DNA of 64,000 nucleotides from Haplodiscus bocki (taxonomy: Eukaryota). Below are positions 37,141 to 52,100 of this stretch, piece after piece (the first letter of the stretch is position 1; each line of letters opens with the position of its first letter). The translations under genes were made by a program, and so were the position numbers. Below the pieces are notes generated by a model. It was not told where the DNA came from. It was given only the letters and a program-made list of their open reading frames with translations, and made no database searches. The stretch lies in NCBI GenBank assembly GCA_965655095.1, contig OZ296653.1, forward strand, positions 5,704,001-5,768,000. The letters are read 5' to 3'.

Positions 37141-40100
37141 TCCGAGATTCTTTACAGTCTTTGAGTGTTGTAATTTGTGATCCATGATGTTGAAATTTTG
37201 GTCACTGCCTCTGAAGGTGATTTTCGTACACTTGTGCATGGCAAGTTCCATTCTGTTCTTTTTGTCCCATTCTTCAATCCTATCCAGATCATCCTGTGTT
37301 TCCTAGAATTATTTCTTGATTGAGAGTACTTTCAAGTCGTCCGCGAAAATGAATGACTCAGAAAAGGGTAGAACTTCCGGTAGTTAGTTTCAAAATATGC
37401 AGAACAGCAAAGGGCCAAGGCGTGAACCTTGGGGTACTCCGTTTGTAATATCTATTGTTCAGGAGCTTCAGTTGTCGTTTCTAACACACTGCTTGCGATT
37501 ATCAAGGTAGTTGATCAGGATTTCAAGTAGACACCCGCCTACCCCGATTTGGGCGACCTTTTGGATGAGTTCATAATAAGTCACTTTGTCAAAAGCTTTA
37601 TAGAAATCGATGTAGAGGGCCACAGTTTCGGAGTTTGGGTCTCTGTCCAGCGCTTCATGTATCTTTTTGAGAAAGGACAAAATGTTCGAAAGAACTGATC
37701 TGTGCTTCACAAACCCCTTGTTGATGTTTGGTAAGATAGAAGGTGAAGTGGTTGTAGAGAGCTATATAGATGCATTTTTAAAAGATTTTGTTTTCAGTGT
37801 CCAGTGGAGAAACTGGTCTGTAGTTACCGACCTTTCGTCTTACCCCTTTTTTGTGAATTGGCGTAACTGCAGCCGTCTTCCAACTATCCGGAATTTTTCT
37901 TAATCTTTTGATGTTCGTGAAGAGTTGGTTCAGAATTTTGCTTATTTGCTGGAAATCTTCTGGAAGAACGCTGGAGGAAGGCCTTTCGGCCTACGGGATT
38001 TTGTTACATCAATCTGGTCAACTATTTTCTGGATTGTTCGCTTCGATATATCGAATTTTGTCGAAATAGGATTTTCGCTTTTGGCCGATATTGGTTATGC
38101 TGAACTACTATTTGGGACAGAAAACTGATTGGAAGAATTCATTCAGCATGTCAACTTGTTCATTGAGATTTGTGCTGCTGATGTTGCAGCTGATCATGAT
38201 TTTCGATAGGCTGGGCGATTTGTTCAGGCATTTCGAGTGCTTGAAGAGTGCATCAGTGTACCGTGTGCTCGGCAGCTTTTCTTGGTACTCTTTCGGGCCT
38301 TGCTCTGAAGAAGCAGTTACAAGGTTCTCTAGCTTTTGAACTTGTTGCTTCCGGTAACTGGTGGGCTTTTTTCGAGCAGAGCTTTGTGCATTTTCAGCTG
38401 TTTCAGAAGATTAGATGAGTGGCTGGTAGTCCTCGGTGCTAGACATTGTCTGTGCCGTGTCCGTCTTGGGACATAAATCTCTATCATTTGATCGAGATAC
38501 TGGTAGAATTTTTTATTAATGTTCGTGTGACAAATTGGTTGTAATGGATTGACTGCAAGGTAGTTGTTGATGCCTTTATATTCCGCATTTCCAAAACTTC
38601 TGGATTGCTGGTTTACTTTCAGTGACAGGACATTCTAACGTGGTGTGGACTGCCTCATAGTTTGTCCAGTCGTATGTAATGGGAAAAGATAGATTTTTTT
38701 TCTGAAGAAAGAAAACTGTTTCGGTAGAATGCTAAATCTAGTATGTTCTGAGATCAGGCCGAGAAATCAATGGCTTGTCTGAACAGAGCTTCCTCAAATG
38801 TTTCTAGGAGTGAGTTCTCTTTCTCGCTAGAACTGCTGTTTGTGCTCCAGGTGGTTTCGGGGAAATTCAGGTCACCACATATTATGGCCGGCTTGCTTTT
38901 TGGAATGCTTTTCAGGAGTTTTGGAAATCTTCCCCTGAGTAACGCTATGCACTTCCTGTGGGGGGGGGGGGGTTGCAATAACTACTGCCGATGTATTAGG
39001 TTTTATTCTGCAAGCTACTCATGAGTCGGAAAAGCGCGTTCTGTTTTGCTCAGAAATGAGGTTTTTTTAACAGCTATTAGTGAGTCTCCGTGGAAGTTTT
39101 TATCTCCGTCTAGTTCTGTCTTTTCCACGATGTAGTCGTTCAGGATGAGTTCTTTTGAATTGATATTTCCTCTTGGCCATTTTTGGCATAGACAAATCAC
39201 GTTTTAGTTCGATGTCAAGACTGCATTGGAAAACTTTATTCGCTTATCTATGTCAAAGAGACTCTTGGTGTTTATTTGGAGAATGTTGAGAAAACCTAGT
39301 CAGTCTGACTTGGCTCCCTCTTGCTTGATTTCCACTTTCTGTCCTTTAATGAACAATTCCAGGTTGCGGATTTTCAGCTCCTCTGCAGATACCTCTTGAT
39401 CCAGGAGTTCCCTCCGCCTCAGAATAATAATTTCTTTCAAAGCATCTTCTTTCGACAGAGCAGGTAATATAAACATTGCTTTTTGTTTCAACATTTCCCG
39501 ATGTTCATGACTTTCTGCCAACGTCAGGCGTGCTTCATGTTCGTTTGGCAATGTTACCAGCAGCGTTCGTGGTTTCTTACGTTCGGCTTCAAATTTTCTA
39601 AGTCTTCTGAGCTCCACGATGCTCCTTTTGACTGCCATTGTGTCCAGGATATCGTTCTTTTCGGCAATTGTCGGGGCAAGATTTTATCCTTTGTCTTTAC
39701 TGGGGTCCTCTGGTAGCCCCTGAATTCGCAATCTCTGACTGATGTGATTTGTTTTTCCTTTGTTAACTTTCTGTGAGGTGTTGGTGTTGCCTATCTCCGT
39801 GGACTTCTTCACGGCGACTACGGCAGCGTATATTCTTCCCACTTTTTCACAGGTTAATTCATAGCTTCACCGACTTTTTGATCCACTAGGTCTGTCAATC
39901 TTTTCTCTATGTTCTTCAAATTGTCAACCACATTAAGGGTTGATAGTTTCTTCGAGATACTCGCCAGCGCTCTGCCTCGTATGAAATTATCACTTTCTTT
40001 GTTTTCAACGCATTTGTTGCACAATAGCATTACGTTCACTCCCGTTTCTTCGATGCCACTGATGACTGCAGTTGACAATGCGGTGCATTCGGTGGTAAGA

Positions 40101-43100
40101 TGCATGTGGCAGTTACATGAAACGCACATGTATACGTTTTCACTACTAGGAATGGACCAATTTTAGGACCCAGTTCACTTCTGTCTCGCTCAAAGTGCCG
40201 AATTCCGGTCTCGGGGTCTCGAATGAAGGAAGCGCGGGGCTCAAGTAATTTTAGGGTCATTTGTTTTTCCGGAGAACCGCCCACACCCTTTTGCCGACGC
40301 ACGATAAATATCAATATAAACACTGCAAGAACAATCAGGATGATAACTACAAATATAGAGATAATCCAAGCCGAGGTTTTACAATTTCGTCCCATAATTT
40401 CAGTTTTCGTTTTTTTTTGGTCTGTGCCAAGGAACTTAATCCGAGATCTTTTACAGTCTTTGAGTGATGTAATTTTTGATCCATGATGTTGAAATTTTGG
40501 TCACCGCCTCTAAAGGTGATTTTCGTACACTTGTCCATGGCAAGTTCCATTCTGTTCTTTTTGTCCCATTCTTCAATCCTATCCAGATCATCCTGTGTTT
40601 CCCAGTATTATTTTTTGATTGAGAGTACTTTCAAGTCGTCCGCGAAACTGAATGACTCAGAAAAGGGTAGAACTTCCGGTAGTTAGTTTCAAAATATGCA
40701 GAACAGCAAAGGGCCAAGGCGTGAACCTTGGGGTACTCCGTTTGTATTATCTATTGTTCGAGAGCTTCAGTTGTCGTTTCTAACACACTGCTTGCGATTA
40801 TCAAGGTAGTTGATCAGGATTTCAAGTAGACACCCGCCTACCCCGATTTGGGCGACCTTTTGGATGAGTTCATAATAAGTCACTTTGTCAAAAGCTTTAG
40901 AGAAATCGATGTAGAGGGCCACAGTTTCGGAGTTTGGGTCTCTGTCCAGCGCTTCATGTATCTTTTTGAGAAAGGACAAAATGTTCGAAAGAACTGATCT
41001 GTGCTTCACAAACCCCTTGTTGATGTTTGGTAAGATAGAAGGTGAAGTGGTTGTAGAGAGCTATATAGATGCATTTTTGAAAGATTTTGTTTTCAATGTC
41101 CAGTGGAGAAACTGGTCTGTAGTTACCGACCTTTCGTCTATCCCCCTTTTTGTGAATTGGCGTAACTGCAGCCGTCTTCCAACTATCCGGAGTTTTTCTT
41201 AATCTTTTGATGTTCGTGAAGAGTTGGTTCAGAATTTTGCTTATTTGCTGGAAATCTTCTGGAAGAACGCTGGAGGAAGGCCTTTGGGCCTACGGGATTT
41301 TGTTACATCAATCTGGTCAACTATTTTCTGGATTGTTCGCTTCGATATATCGAATTTTGTCGAAATAGGATTTTCGCTTTTGGCCGATATTGGTTATGCT
41401 GAACTACTATTTGGGACAGAAAACTGATTGGAAGAATTCATTCAGCATGTCAACTTGTTCATTGAGATTTGTGCTGCTGATGTTGCAGCTGATCATGATT
41501 TTCGATAGGCTGGGCGATTTGTTCAGGCATTTCGAGTGCTTGAAGAGTGCATCAGTGTACCGTGTGCTCGGCAGCTTTTCTTGGTACTCTTTCGGGCCTT
41601 GCTCTGAAGAAGCAGTTACAAGGTTCTCTAGCTTTTGAACTTGTCGCTTCCGGTAACTGGTGGGCTTTTTTCGAGCAGAGCTTTGTGCATTTTCAGCTGT
41701 TTCAGAAGATTAGATGGGTGGCTGGTAGTCCTCGGTGCTAGACATTGTCTGTGCCGTGTCCGTCTTGGGACATAAATCTCTATCATTTGATCGAGATACT
41801 GGTAGAATTTTTTATTAATGTTCGTGTGATAAATTGTTTGGAATGGATTGACTGCAAGGTAGTTGTTGATGCCTTTATAGTCCGCATTTCCAAAACTTCT
41901 GGAGTGCTGGTTTACTTTCAGTGACAGGACATTCTAACGTGGTGTGGACTGCCTCGTAGTTTGTCCAGTCGTATGTAATGGGAAAAGATAGATTTTTTTT
42001 CTGAAGAAAGAAAACTGTTTCGGTAGAATGCTACATCTAGTATGTTCTGAGATCAGGCCGAGAAATCAACGGCTTGTCTGAACAGAGCTTCCTCAAATGT
42101 TTCTAGGAGTGAGTTCTCTTTCTCGCTAGAACTACTGTTTGTGCTCCAGGTGGTTTCGGGGAAATTCAGGTCACCACATATTATGGCCGGCTTGCTTTTT
42201 GGAATGTTTTTCAGGAGTTTTTGGAAATCCTCCTCTGAGTAACGCTATGCACTTACTGTGGGGGGTTGCAATAACTATTTCCGATGCATTTGGTTTTATT
42301 CTGCAAGCTAATCATGAGTCATAAAAGCGCGTTCTGTTTTGCTCAGAAATGAGGTCATTTTTAACAGCTATTAGTGAGTCACCGTGGAAGTTTTTATCTC
42401 CGTCTAGTTCTGTCTTTTCCACGATGTAGTCGTTCAGGATGAGTTCTTTTGAATTGATATTTCCTCTTGGCCATTTTTGGCATAGACAAATCACGTTTTA
42501 GTTCGATGTCAAGACTGCATTGGAAAACTTTATTCGCTTATCTATGTCAAAGAGACTCTTGGTGTTTATTTGGAGAATGTTGAGAAAACCTAGTCAGTCT
42601 GACTTGGCTCCCTCTTGCTTGATTTCCACTTTCTGTCCTTTAATGAACAATTCCAGGTTGCGGATTTTCAGCTCCTCTGCAGATACCTCTTGATCCAGGA
42701 GTTCCCTCCGCCTCAGAATAATAATTTCTTTCAAAGCATCTTCTTTCGACAGAGCAGGTAATATAAACATTGCTTTTTGTTTCAACATTTCCCGATGTTC
42801 ATGACTTTCTGCCAACGTCAGGCGTGCTTCATGTTCGTTTGGCAATGTTACCAGCAGCGTTCGTGGTTTCTTACGTTCGGCTTCAAATTTTCTAAGTCTT
42901 CTGAGCTCCACGATGCTCCTTTTGACTGCCATTGTGTCCAGGATATCGTTCTTTTCGGCAATTGTCGGGGCAAGATTTTATCCTTTGTCTTTACTGGGGT
43001 CCTCTGGTAGCCCCTGAATTCGCAATCTCTGACTGATGTGATTTGTTTTTCCTTTGTTAACTTTCTGTGAGGTGTTGGTGTTGCCTATCTCCGTGGACTT

Positions 43101-46100
43101 CTTCACGGCGACTACGGCAGCGTATATTCTTCCCACTTTTTCACAGGTTAATTCATAGCTTCACCGACTTTTTGATCCACTAGGTCTGTCAATCTTTTCT
43201 CTATGTTCTTCAAATTGTCAACCACATTAAGGGTTGATAGTTTCTTCGAGATACTCGCTAGCGCTCTGCCTCGTATGAAATTATCACTTTCTTTGTTTTC
43301 AACGCATTTGTTGCACAATAGCATTACGTTCACTCCCGTTTCTTCGATGCCACTGATGACTGCAGTTGACAATGCGGTGCATTCGGTGGTAAGATGCATG
43401 TGGCAGTTACATGAAACGCACATGTATACGTTTTCACTACTAGGAATGGACCAATTTTAGGACCCAGTTCACTTCTGTCTCGCTCAAAGTGCCGAATTCC
43501 GGTCTCGGGGTCTCGAATGAAGGAAGCGCGGGGCTCAAGTAATTTTAGGGTCATTTGTTTTTCCGGAGAACCGCCCACACCCTTTTGCCGACGCACGATA
43601 AATATCAATATAAACACTGCAAGAACAATCAGGATGATAACTACAAATATAGAGATAATCCAAGCCGAGGTTTTACAATTTCGTCCCATAATTTCAGTTT
43701 TCGTTTTTTTTTGGTCTGTGCTAAAGAACTTGATCCGAGATCTTTTACAATCTTTGAGTGATGTAATTTTTGATCCATGATGTTGAAATTTTGGTCACTG
43801 CCTCTGAAGGTGATTTTCGTACACTTGTGCATGGCAAGTTCCATTCTGTTCTTTTTGTCCCATTCTTCAATCCTATCCAGATCATCCTGTGTTTCCCAGT
43901 ATTATTTTTTGATTGAGAGTACTTTCAAGTCGTCCGCGAAACTGAATGACTCAGAAAAGGGTAGAACTTCCGGTAGTTAGTTTCAAAATATGCAGAACAG
44001 CAAAGGGCCAAGGCGTGAACCTTGGGGTACTCCGTTTGTATTATCTATTGTTCGAGAGCTTCAGTTGTCGTTTCTAACACACTGCTTGCGATTATCAAGG
44101 TAGTTGATCAGGATTTCAAGTAGACACCCGCCTACCCCGATTTGGGCGACCTTTTGGATGAGTTCATAATAAGTCACTTTGTCAAAAGCTTTAGAGAAAT
44201 CGATGTAGAGGGCCACAGTTTCGGAGTTTGGGTCTCTGTCCAGCGCTTCATGTATCTTTTTGAGAAAGGACAAAATGTTCGAAAGAACTGATCTGTGCTT
44301 CACAAACCCCTTGTTGATGTTTGGTAAGATAGAAGGTGAAGTGGTTGTAGAGAGCTATATAGATGCATTTTTGAAAGATTTTGTTTTCAATGTCCAGTGG
44401 AGAAACTGGTCTGTAGTTACCGACCTTTCGTCTATCCCCCTTTTTGTGAATTGGCGTAACTGCAGCCGTCTTCCAACTATCCGGAGTTTTTCTTAATCTT
44501 TTGATGTTCGTGAAGAGTTGGTTCAGAATTTTGCTTATTTGCTGGAAATCTTCTGGAAGAACGCTGGAGGAAGGCCTTTGGGCCTACGGGATTTTGTTAC
44601 ATCAATCTGGTCAACTATTTTCTGGATTGTTCGCTTCGATATATCGAATTTTGTCGAAATAGGATTTTCGCTTTTGGCCGATATTGGTTATGCTGAACTA
44701 CTATTTGGGACAGAAAACTGATTGGAAGAATTCATTCAGCATGTCAACTTGTTCATTGAGATTTGTGCTGCTGATGTTGCAGCTGATCATGATTTTCGAT
44801 AGGCTGGGCGATTTGTTCAGGCATTTCGAGTGCTTGAAGAGTGCATCAGTGTACCGTGTGCTCGGCAGCTTTTCTTGGTACTCTTTCCGGCCTTGCTCTG
44901 AAGAAGCAGTTACAAGGTTCTCTAGCTTTTGAACTTGTCGCTTCCGGTAACTGGTGGGCTTTTTTCGAGCAGAGCTTTGTGCATTTTCAGCTGTTTCAGA
45001 AGATTAGATGGGTGGCTGGTAGTCCTCGGTGCTAGACATTGTCTGTGCCGTGTCCGTCTTGGGACATAAATCTCTATCATTTGATCGAGATACTGGTAGA
45101 ATTTTTTATTAATGTTCGTGTGATAAATTGTTTGGAATGGATTGACTGCAAGGTAGTTGTTGATGCCTTTATAGTCCGCATTTCCAAAACTTCTGGAGTG
45201 CTGGTTTACTTTCAGTGACAGGACATTCTAACGTGGTGTGGACTGCCTCGTAGTTTGTCCAGTCGTATGTAATGGGAAAAGATAGATTTTTTTCTGAAGA
45301 AAGAAAACTGTTTCGGTAGAATGCTACATCTAGTATGTTCTGAGATCAGGCCGAGAAATCAACGGCTTGTCTGAACAGAGCTTCCTCAAATGTTTCTAGG
45401 AGTGAGTTCTCTTTCTCGCTAGAACTACTGTTTGTGCTCCAGGTGGTTTCGGGGAAATTCAGGTCACCACATATTATGGCCGGCTTGCTTTTTGGAATGT
45501 TTTTCAGGAGCTTTTGGAAATCCTCCTCTGAGTAACGCTATGCACTTACTGTGGGGGGTTGCAATAACTATTTCCGATGCATTTGGTTTTATTCTGCAAG
45601 CTAATCATGAGTCATAAAAGCGCGTTCTGTTTTGCTCAGAAATGAGGTCATTTTTAACAGCTATTAGTGAGTCACCGTGGAAGTTTTTATCTCCTTTTAG
45701 TTCTGTCTTTTCCACGGATGTAGTCGTTCAGGATGAGTTCTTTTGAATTGATATTTTCTTTTGGCCATTTTTGGCATAGACAAATCACGTTGTAGTTCGA
45801 TGTCAAGATTGCATTGAAAACTTTATTCGCCTATCTATGTCAAAGAGACTCTTGGTGTTTATTTGGAGAATGTTGAGAAAACACAGTCAGTCTGACTTGG
45901 CTCCCTTTTGCTTGATTTCCACTTTCTGTCCTTTATTGAACAATTCGAGGTTGCGGATTTTCAGCTTCTCTGCAGGTACCCCTTGATCCAGGAGTTCCCT
46001 CCGCCTCAGAATAAGATTTTCTTTCAAAGCATCTTCTTTCGACAGAGCAGGTAATATAAACATTGCTTTTTGTTTCAACATTTCCCGATGTTCATGACTC

Positions 46101-49100
46101 TCTGCCAACGTCAGGCGTGCTTCATGTTCATTTGGCAATATTACCAGCAGCGTTTGTGGTTTCTTCCGTTCGGCGTCAAATTTTCTAAGTCTTCTGAGCT
46201 CCACGATGCTCATTTTGACTGCCATTGTGTCCAGGAAATCGTTCTTTTCGGCAATTGTGGGGGCAAGATTTTATCCTTTGTCTTTACTGGGGTCCTGTGG
46301 TACCCCCTGAATTCGCAATCCTTGACTGATGTGATTTGTTTTTCCTTTGTTAACCTTCTGTGGGGCATTGGTGTTGCCTATCTCCGTGGACTTCTCCACG
46401 GCGACTACGGCAGCGTATGTTTTTCCCACTTTTTCACAGGTTAATTCATAGCTTCACCGACTTTTTGATCCACTAGGTCTGTCAATGTTTTCTCTATGTT
46501 CTTCAATTTGTCAATCACCTTAAGGGTTGATAGTTTCTTCGAGATACTCGCTAGCGCTCTACCTCGTATGAAATTATCACTTTCATTGGTTTCAGCGCGT
46601 TTGTTGCACAATAGCATTACGTTCACTCCCAATTCTTCGATGCCACTGATGACTGCAGTTGACAATGCGGTGCATTCCGGGTTAAGATGCATGTGGCAGT
46701 TACAAGAAACGCACATGTGTACCTTTTCACTACTAGGAATGGACCAATTTTAGGACCCAGTTCACTTCTGTCTCGCTCAAAATGCCGAATTCCGGTCTCG
46801 GGGTCTCGAATGAACGAAGCGCGGGGCTCAAGTAATTTTAGGGTCCTTTGTTTTTCCGGAGAACCGCCCACACCCTTTTGACGACGCACGATAAATATCA
46901 ATCTACACACTGCAAGAACAATCAGGATGATAACTCCAAGTATAGAGATAATCCAAGCCGAGGTTTTTCAATTTCGTCCCATAATTTCCGTTTTCGTTTT
47001 TTTTTGGTCTGTGCTAAAGAACTTGATCCGAGATCTTTTACAATCTTTGAGTGATGTAATTTTTGATCCATGATGTTGAAATTTTGGTCACTGCCTCTGA
47101 AGGTGATTTTCGTACACTTGTGCATGGCAAGTTCCATTCTGTTCTTTTTGTCCCATTCTTCAATCCTATCCAGATCATCCTGTGTTTCCTAGAATTATTT
47201 CTTGATTGAGAGTACTTTCAGGTCGTCCGCGAAAATGAATGACTCAGAAAAGGGTAGAACTTCCGGTAGTTAGTTTCAAAATATGCAGAACAGCAAAGGG
47301 CCAAGGCGTGAACCTTGGGGTACTCCGTTTGTAATATCTATTGTTCAGGAGCTTCAGTTGTCGTTTCTAACACACTGCTTGCGATTATCAAGGTAGTTGA
47401 TCAGGATTTCAAGTAGACACCCGCCTACCCCGATTTGAGCGACCTTTTGGATGAGTTCATAATAAGGCACTTTGTCAGAAGCTTTAGAGAAGTCGATGTA
47501 GAGGGTCACAGTTTCGGAGTTTGGGTCTCTGTCCAGCGCTTCATGTATCTTTTTGAGAAAGGACAAAATGTTCGAAAGAACTGATCTGTGCTTCACAAAC
47601 CCCTTGTTGATGTTTGGTAAGATAGAAGGTGAAGTGGTTGTAGAGAGCTATATAGATGCATTTTTTAAAAGATTTTGTTTCCAATGTCCAGTGGAGAAAC
47701 TGGTCTGTAGTTACCGACCTTTCGTCTATCCGCCTTTTCGTGAATTGGCGTAACTGCAGTCGTCTTCCAACTCTCCGGAGTTTTTCTTAATCTTTTGATG
47801 TTCGTGAAGAGTTGGGTCACATTTTTGCTGATTTCCTGGAAGTCTTCTGGAAGCACGCTGGAGGAAGGCCTTTCGGCCTACGGGATTTTTTTTACATCAA
47901 TCTGGTCAACTATTTTCTGGATTGTTCGCCTCCTTATATCGAATTTTGTCGAAATAGGATTTTCGCTTTTGGCCGATATTGGTTATGCTGAACTACTATT
48001 TGGGACAGAAAACTGATTGGAAGAATTCATTCAGCATGTCAACTTGTTCATTGAGATTTGTGCTGCTGATGTTGCAGCTGATCATGATTTTCGATAGGCT
48101 GGGCGATTTGTTCAGGCATTTCGAGTGCTTGAAGAGTGCATCAGTGTACCGTGTGCTCGGCAGCTTTTCTTGGTACTCTTTCCGGCCTTGCTCTGAAGAA
48201 GCAGTTACAAGGTTCTCTAGCTTTTGAACTTGTCGCTTCCGGTAACTGGTGGGCTTTTTTCGAGCAGAGCTTTGTGCATTTTCAGCTGTTTCAGAAGATT
48301 AGATGGGTGGCTGGTAGTCCTCGGTGCTAGACATTGTCTGTGCCGTGTCCGTCTTGGGACATAAATCTCTATCATTTGATAGAGATACTGGTAGAATTTT
48401 TTATTAATGTTCGTGTGACAAATTGGTTGGATTGGATTGACTGCAAGGTAGTTGTTGATGCCTTTATTTTCCGCATTTCCAAAACTTCTGGAGTGCTGGT
48501 TTACTTTCAGTGACAGGACATTCTAACGTGGTGTGGACTGCCTCATAGTTTGTCCAGTCGTATGTAATGGGAAAAGATAGATTTTTTTCTGAAGAAAGAA
48601 AACTGTCTCGGTAGAATGCTACATCTAGTATGTTCTGAGATCAGGCCGAGAAATCAACGGCTTGTCTGAACAGAGCTTCCTCAAATGTTTCTAGGAGTGA
48701 GTTCTCTTTCTCGCTAGAACTGCTGTTTGTGCTCCAGGTGGTTTCGGGGAAATTCAGGTCACCACATATTATGGCCGGCTTGCTTTTTGGAATGTTTTTC
48801 AGGAGTTTTTGGAAATCCTCCCCTGAGTAACGCTATGCACTTACTGTGGGGGGTTGCAATAACTATTTCCGATGCATTTGGTTTTATTCTGCAAGCTACT
48901 CATGAGTCGGAAAAGCGCGTTCTGTTTTGCTCAGAAATGAGGTCATTTTTAACAGCTATTAGTGAGTCACCGTGGAAGTTTTTATCTCCTTTTAGTTCTG
49001 TCTTTTCCACGGATGTAGTCGTTCAGGATGAGTTCTTTTGAATTGATATTTTCTTTTGGCCATTTTTGGCATAGACAAATCACGTTGTAGTTCGATGTCA

Positions 49101-52100
49101 AGATTGCATTGGAAAACTTTATTCGCCTATCTATGTCAAAGAGACTCTTGGTGTTTATTTGGAGAATGTTGAGAAAACACAGTCAGTCTGACTTGGCTCC
49201 CTCTTGCTTGATTTCCACTTTCTGTCCTTTACTGAACAATTCGAGGTTGCGGATTTTCAGCTTCTCTGCAGGTACCCCTTGATCCAGGAGTTCTCTCCGC
49301 CTCAGAATAAGATTTTCTTTCAAAGCATCTTCTTTCGACAGAGCAGGTAATATAAACATTGCTTTTTGTTTCAACATTTCCCGATGTTCATGACTCTCTG
49401 CCAACGTCAGGCGTGCTTCATGTTCATTTGGCAATGTTACCAGCAGCGTTTGTGGTTTCCTCCGTTCGGCGTCAAATTTTCTAAGTCTTCTGAGCTCCAC
49501 GATGCTCATTTTGACTGCCATTGTGTCCAGGAAATCGTTCTTTTCGGCAATTGTGGGGGCAAGATTTTATCCTTTGTCTTTACTGGGGTCCTGTGGTACC
49601 CCCTGAATTCGCAATCCTTGACTGATGTGATTTGTTTTTCCTTTGTTAACCTTCTGTGGGGCATTGGTGTTGCCTATCTCCGTGGACTTCTCCACGGCGA
49701 CTACGGCAGCGTATGTTTTTCCCACTTTTTCACAGGTTAATTCATAGCTTCACCGACTTTTTGATCCTCTAGGTCTGTCAATATTTTCTCTATGTTCTTC
49801 AATTTGTCAATCACATTAAGGGTTGATAGTTTCTTCGAGATACTCGCTAGCGCTCTACCTCGTATGAAATTATCACTTTCATTGTTTTCAGTGCGTTTGT
49901 TGCACAATAGCATTACGTTCACTCCCAATTCTTCGATGCCACTGATGACTGCAGTTGACAATGCGGTGCATTCCGGGGTAAGATGCATGTGGCAGTTACA
50001 AGAAACGCACATGTGTACCTTTTCACTACTAGGAATGGACCAATTTTAGGACCCAGTTCACTTCTGTCTCGCTCAAAATGCCGAATTCCGGTCTCGGGGT
50101 CTCGAATGAACGAAGCGCGGGGCTCAAGTAATTTTAGGGTCCTTTGTTTTTCCGGAGAACCGCCCACACCCTTTTGACGACGCACGATAAATATCAATCT
50201 ACACACTGCAAGAACAATCAGGATGATAACTCCAAGTATAGAGATAATCCAAGCCGAGGTTTTTCAATTTCGTCCCATAATTTCCGTTTTCGTTTTTTTT
50301 TTGGTCTGTGCTAAAGAACTTGATCCGAGATCTTTTACAATCTTTGAGTGATGTAATTTTTGATCCATGATGTTGAAATTTTGGTCACTGCCTCTAAAGG
50401 TGATTTTCGTACACTTGTCCATGGCAAGTTCCATTCTGTTCTTTTTGTCCCATTTTTCAATCCTAGCCAGATCATCCTGTGTTTCCCAGTATTATTTCTT
50501 GATTGAGAGTACTTTCAAGTCGTCCGCGAAGATGACTGGCTCAGAAAAGTGTAGAACTTCCGGTAGTTAGTTTAAAAATATGCAGAACAGCAAAGCGCCA
50601 AGGCGTGACCCTTGGGGTACTCCGTTTGTAATATCTATTGTTCAGGAGCTGCAGTTGTCGATTCTAACAAACTGCTTGCGATTATCAAGGTAGTTGATCA
50701 GGATTTCAAGTAGACACCCGCCTACCCCGATTTGGGCGACCTTTTGGATGAGTTCATAATAAGGCACTTTGTCAAAAGCTTTAGAGAAATCGATGTAGAG
50801 GGCCACAGTTTCGGAGTTTGGGTCTCTGTCCAGCGCTGCATGTATCTTTTTGAGAAAGGACAAAATGTTCGACAGAACTGATCTGTGCTTCACAAACCCC
50901 TTGTTGATGCTTGGTAAGATAGAAGGTGAAGTGGTTGTAGAGAGCTATATGCATTTTTCAAAGATTTTGTTTACAATGTCCAGTGGAGAAACTGGTCTGC
51001 AGTTACCGACTTTTCGTCTATCCCCTTTTTCGTGAATTGGCGTAACTGCAGCCGTCTTCCAACTATTCGGAATTTTTCTTAATCTTTTGATGTTCGTGAA
51101 GAGTTGGTTCAGAATTTAGCTTATTTGCTGGAAATCTTCTGGAAGAACGCTGGAGGAAGGCCTTTCGGCCTACGGGATTTTGTTACATCAATCTGGTCAA
51201 CTATTTTCTGGATTGTTCGCTGCGATATATCGAATTTTGTCAAAATACGCTTTTCGCTTTTGGCCGATATTGGTTATGCTGAACTACTATTTCGGACAGA
51301 AAACTGATTGGAAGAATTCATTCAGCATGTCAACTTGTTCATTGAGATTTGTGCTGCTGATGTTGCAGCTGATCATGATTTTCGATAGGCTGGGCGATTT
51401 GTTCAGGCATTTCGAGTGCTTGAAGATTGCATCAGTGTACCGTGTGCTTAGCAGCTTTTCTTGGTACTCTTTCCGGGCTTGCTCTGAAGAAGCAGTTACA
51501 AGGTTCTCTAGCTTGTGAACTTGTTGCTTCCGGTAACTGGTGGGCTTTTTTCGAGCAGAGCTTTGTGCATTTTCAGCTGTTTCAAAAGATTAGATGGGTG
51601 GCTGGTAATCCTCGGTGCTAGACATTGTCTGTGCCGTGTCCGTCTTGGGACCTAAATCTCTATCATTTGATCGAGATACTGGTGGAATTTTTTATTAATG
51701 TTCGTGTGACAAATTGGTTGGAATGGATTGACTGCAAGGTAGTTGTTGATGACTTTATATTCCGCATTTCGAAAACCTCTGGAGTGCTGGTTTACTTTCA
51801 GTGACAGGACATTCTAACGTGGTGTGGACTGCCTTGTACTTTGTCCAGTCGTATGTAATGGGAAAAGATAGATATTTTTCTGAAAGAAAACTTTTTCGGT
51901 AGAATGCTACATCTAGTATGTTCTGAGAGCAGGCCGAAAAATCATTGGCCTGTCTGAACAGGGCTTCCTCAAATTTTTCTAGAAATGAGCTCTCTTTCTC
52001 GCTAGAACTGCTGTTTGTGCTCCAGCTGGTTTCGGGGAAATTCAAGTCACCACATATTATGGCCGGCTTGCTTTTTGGAATGCTTTTCAGGAGTTTTTGG